Assembly (NCBI GenBank): GCA_017416285.1
Contig: JAFQCU010000001.1
Location: forward strand, 26,556 to 90,555
Source of the DNA: Clostridia bacterium
Lineage (GTDB): Bacteria > Bacillota > Clostridia > Oscillospirales > Acutalibacteraceae
Reading direction: 5' to 3'
DNA: 64,000 bases
In this document: one piece after another, positions 61,661-64,000 of the stretch
How positions within the stretch are numbered: position 1 is the stretch's first letter
Layout: every line of letters begins with the position of its first letter
Notes under the pieces: model-generated
Databases searched by the model: none
The model's input: only the letters and a program-made list of their open reading frames with translations
What the model was told of the DNA's origin: nothing
Translations under genes and position numbers: made by a program

Positions 61661-64000
61661 TTAAAATTCTAACTCTGCTACGGTTTTTTCACTAAAATCA
61701 AGAGTGACAGTTTTAATTTCGCCATCTTTTGCAAGATTGAATTTAACCTCGCCCTCGCCTTGAACAACAGCCTTTTGACCGTCAAAGGTGATTACCTCAC
61801 CGTTTTCGCTTAGCGGCCATGCAGCAAAACCGTTATTAACAACAACCTTTGTCATCAAACCAAAGGGCAGCTCAACCGCATAGCTATTGTCATCAACCAA
61901 AAGCTCGGCTCGTCTTATACCGTCACGACCGTTATACCAGTCAACCGCTATAAAATAACAATGCATACTGCCGTCTGACTGCTTATACATAGCCGTTCCA
62001 ACGTCATTGCCGGTTTTTGCCCAAACCTTTTCGGCTTTAACAGCTTTTGCAATTTCGGATTTAACTACGCCTTCGTAAATACCTTTAATAGACGGGTGCG
62101 CAGGGTAAACCTTTGTGTTAAACAAAATAACCTCACCCTCGCCGATTTTATACTTGCAAACCAAAGGCAAGCCGCTATCGGTGGCTTCAAGAATTTCATC
62201 ACATTGTGTGAAGCTTTTGCAAACAGGAAGTTCAACACCGTTTTTAGTGTCACTTACAAACTCTGCCTCGCTATTTAAGAACGAAAATTCGTGATTTTCG
62301 AAAGATAAATCAAAGCTTCTTATCTTTTCATAATCGGTAGTATTCGTTAAATGTGCACGTGTAAGAACAACCTTGCCGCCCTGCTTAACATAAGCCAAAA
62401 GCTTTTTAGCCTCTTCTTGTTCGCACATATTATAACCCGCAAAAATCAGCAATTTATAGCCGTTTAATATGTCATTTTCACTTTCTAACGGTATAATATC
62501 CGGATTTCCGTCAGGTGTGCCGGTGTAATATCCCATCGGCTCCTTCCAGTCACCTACACCGTGACGATAAAGGGCTTCCTGCGGGAGAGAAAGCGGATAA
62601 ACCATTTTCAACAGTTCACGCCAGCTATCCTCTGCACAGGTTTGGGGAGTATTATCCCAACCCCACATATTATTGCTTCCAAACATTAAAATACCATCGT
62701 GCTTGCCGCTTACAAAGGCAAATGGTGTATAAAATTCGCCTGTACGACTGTGGGTTTTAACATAGCGATAAAAATCCTGTTCTTGCTTTAAATGCTCTAA
62801 GCACTCTTCCTTAAAACGATGAGGATGTAAGAAATATTCCTCCATGCGCCAAAGTCCCTCTTCGGTGTTAATATCGGTAACACCAAGCATATACGAAAGA
62901 TAAAGCGCTAAACGATAACGGTCGTAATGCTTTATATCCTTAAGAGGAGTAGACGACCACTGAAGTGCGTGATGAACACCAAATTTTCTCATGCCGTTAG
63001 CCTTGCAAAAGCCACGCATAAAGCCAACAAGAGGTTCGAGTGAAGAATACATCGTTTCTGCACCTACCCAATTGTAGCCCACAGCCTTAAAGATTTTAAA
63101 CATAACTGACGGACCTGTGTGGCGTGTTTCATTAACCGTCATAACCTTTAATTGCTTTGCGGTATATTCCTCTGCAAGCTTAACGTCACGAGGATAATTC
63201 TTGTTTATATAGCGATACATTATCTCGCCGTCGTGAACATAAGTGGTTGGATTATATTCGCAATTTGTATGTTCGGGGTCTTCATTAAATGCAATATGAC
63301 ATAAATCGTGCCATTGTTCTTCAGATATATTACCACGAAGCGCACGTTGCCACCAATAAAAAATCGCACCGTCATTTTCGTGGTTTTGACGTCCCAAATA
63401 TCCTTCACCCTTTAAAAGTTCATCATCAGGAAGAGCGTTAATACCCGGAAGCTCACGACCGTCGCACATAAGCACGTACTGTATTCCCATTTCATTTAGC
63501 ACCCTAACAAAAGGCCTCCAACAGTCTTTATTAAGGATTCGGCTGCCAGCCCAGCGGTAAACGGGGCGAATAGTCAGAAAATTACCAACATTATTAGCAA
63601 CGTACCACGCAAGGTATTGCATCATATAATCAAGGTCCTGCCCGATATAAACCATATCGCCGCTACCTGTAATTACGTCATCATTTTCCTTAATAACAAT
63701 GCGTTCAATTTCTCCGTTTACAACCGCATCGTCGCAAATTATATTAAATTTAGCGTTCTGACACGGATTTTTACAATCAATCGCAATTCCGTGATAACCC
63801 GCATCAACAAAAGTATATTCACCCTCACCGCTTAAGTTTTCGTTTAAATATTCCATTTTTAAAACGGTATTTGGCTTGTTTGTATGTAATAAAACGTAAG
63901 CCTTGCCGTTTGCAACACCGACCGTAGAGTTACTGATAATACTAACCGAAGCATCGGGTTGCTCGATAACGCCAAGCTCTTTAATGCAATATGGCAACGG
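61661..64000 (-). CDS. Large (>779 aa) uncharacterised protein, possibly a GH42-like multi-domain glycosidase; N-terminus may lie beyond the window
   Basis: The frame is open to nt 64000. YKLLIFAGYNMCEQEEAKKLLAYVKQGGKVVLTRAHL resembles the GATase-like trimerisation domain of GH42-type enzymes. No catalytic motif recognised. Confidence 0.35.
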   Translation of the reverse strand, partial: PLPYCIKELGVIEQPDASVSIISNSTVGVANGKAYVLLHTNKPNTVLKMEYLNENLSGEGEYTFVDAGYHGIAIDCKNPCQNAKFNIICDDAVVNGEIERIVIKENDDVITGSGDMVYIGQDLDYMMQYLAWYVANNVGNFLTIRPVYRWAGSRILNKDCWRPFVRVLNEMGIQYVLMCDGRELPGINALPDDELLKGEGYLGRQNHENDGAIFYWWQRALRGNISEEQWHDLCHIAFNEDPEHTNCEYNPTTYVHDGEIMYRYINKNYPRDVKLAEEYTAKQLKVMTVNETRHTGPSVMFKIFKAVGYNWVGAETMYSSLEPLVGFMRGFCKANGMRKFGVHHALQWSSTPLKDIKHYDRYRLALYLSYMLGVTDINTEEGLWRMEEYFLHPHRFKEECLEHLKQEQDFYRYVKTHSRTGEFYTPFAFVSGKHDGILMFGSNNMWGWDNTPQTCAEDSWRELLKMVYPLSLPQEALYRHGVGDWKEPMGYYTGTPDGNPDIIPLESENDILNGYKLLIFAGYNMCEQEEAKKLLAYVKQGGKVVLTRAHLTNTTDYEKIRSFDLSFENHEFSFLNSEAEFVSDTKNGVELPVCKSFTQCDEILEATDSGLPLVCKYKIGEGEVILFNTKVYPAHPSIKGIYEGVVKSEIAKAVKAEKVWAKTGNDVGTAMYKQSDGSMHCYFIAVDWYNGRDGIRRAELLVDDNSYAVELPFGLMTKVVVNNGFAAWPLSENGEVITFDGQKAVVQGEGEVKFNLAKDGEIKTVTLDFSEKTVAELEF

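Noticed and set aside
1-64000. Search for defence systems, prophage or transposon genes, toxin-antitoxin pairs, tRNA/rRNA genes and riboswitches
   Set aside because: No integrase, transposase, nuclease-helicase, Cas-like or small paired ORFs were seen. Intergenic regions are too short (at most ~250 nt) and lack recognisable tRNA cloverleaf or riboswitch signatures, so none is reported.

Overview
This window looks like chromosomal DNA from an anaerobic, spore-forming Firmicute (Clostridia-like). All family assignments come from motif recognition by eye; no database search was run. Positions 1-11.2 kb are housekeeping: the dnaB 5' end, rplI, RNase J, an nfnAB-type oxidoreductase operon that also carries trmO, then trmL, pgk-tpiA-gpmI and an alpha/beta-type SASP gene. 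From 60,425 down to 11,233, 33 genes lie on the minus strand with no intergenic gap above 90 nt. Together they form a very large Gram-positive polysaccharide-utilisation locus for a fucose/rhamnose/galactose-containing, probably esterified glycan. It encodes two ATPase-less CUT1-type ABC importers, one with a 949-aa substrate-binding protein that has CBM-like N-terminal modules. It also encodes a 1766-aa surface protein made only of binding modules, GH29, two GH36, GH78, a GH94-like phosphorylase, three esterase folds, fucI, rhaBAD, manA and one AraC regulator. Three parts have no described function that I know of. (1) A compact 661-aa glycyl radical enzyme sits with its activase, a DUF4867-like protein, a HAD phosphatase and a PQ-loop-like mini-transporter (26.0-30.4 kb). 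(2) An NHL-propeller/TPR/Yip1 fusion protein and a DUF5696-like lipoprotein are wedged between the two ABC permease pairs (51.4-55.7 kb). (3) Two paralogous unassigned TIM-barrel glycosidase-like proteins are present, one carrying an internal beta-sandwich insertion. Several U-tract-less intercistronic hairpins, including one that could mask a ribosome-binding site, punctuate the array. I found no mobile elements, CRISPR arrays, tRNA or rRNA genes.
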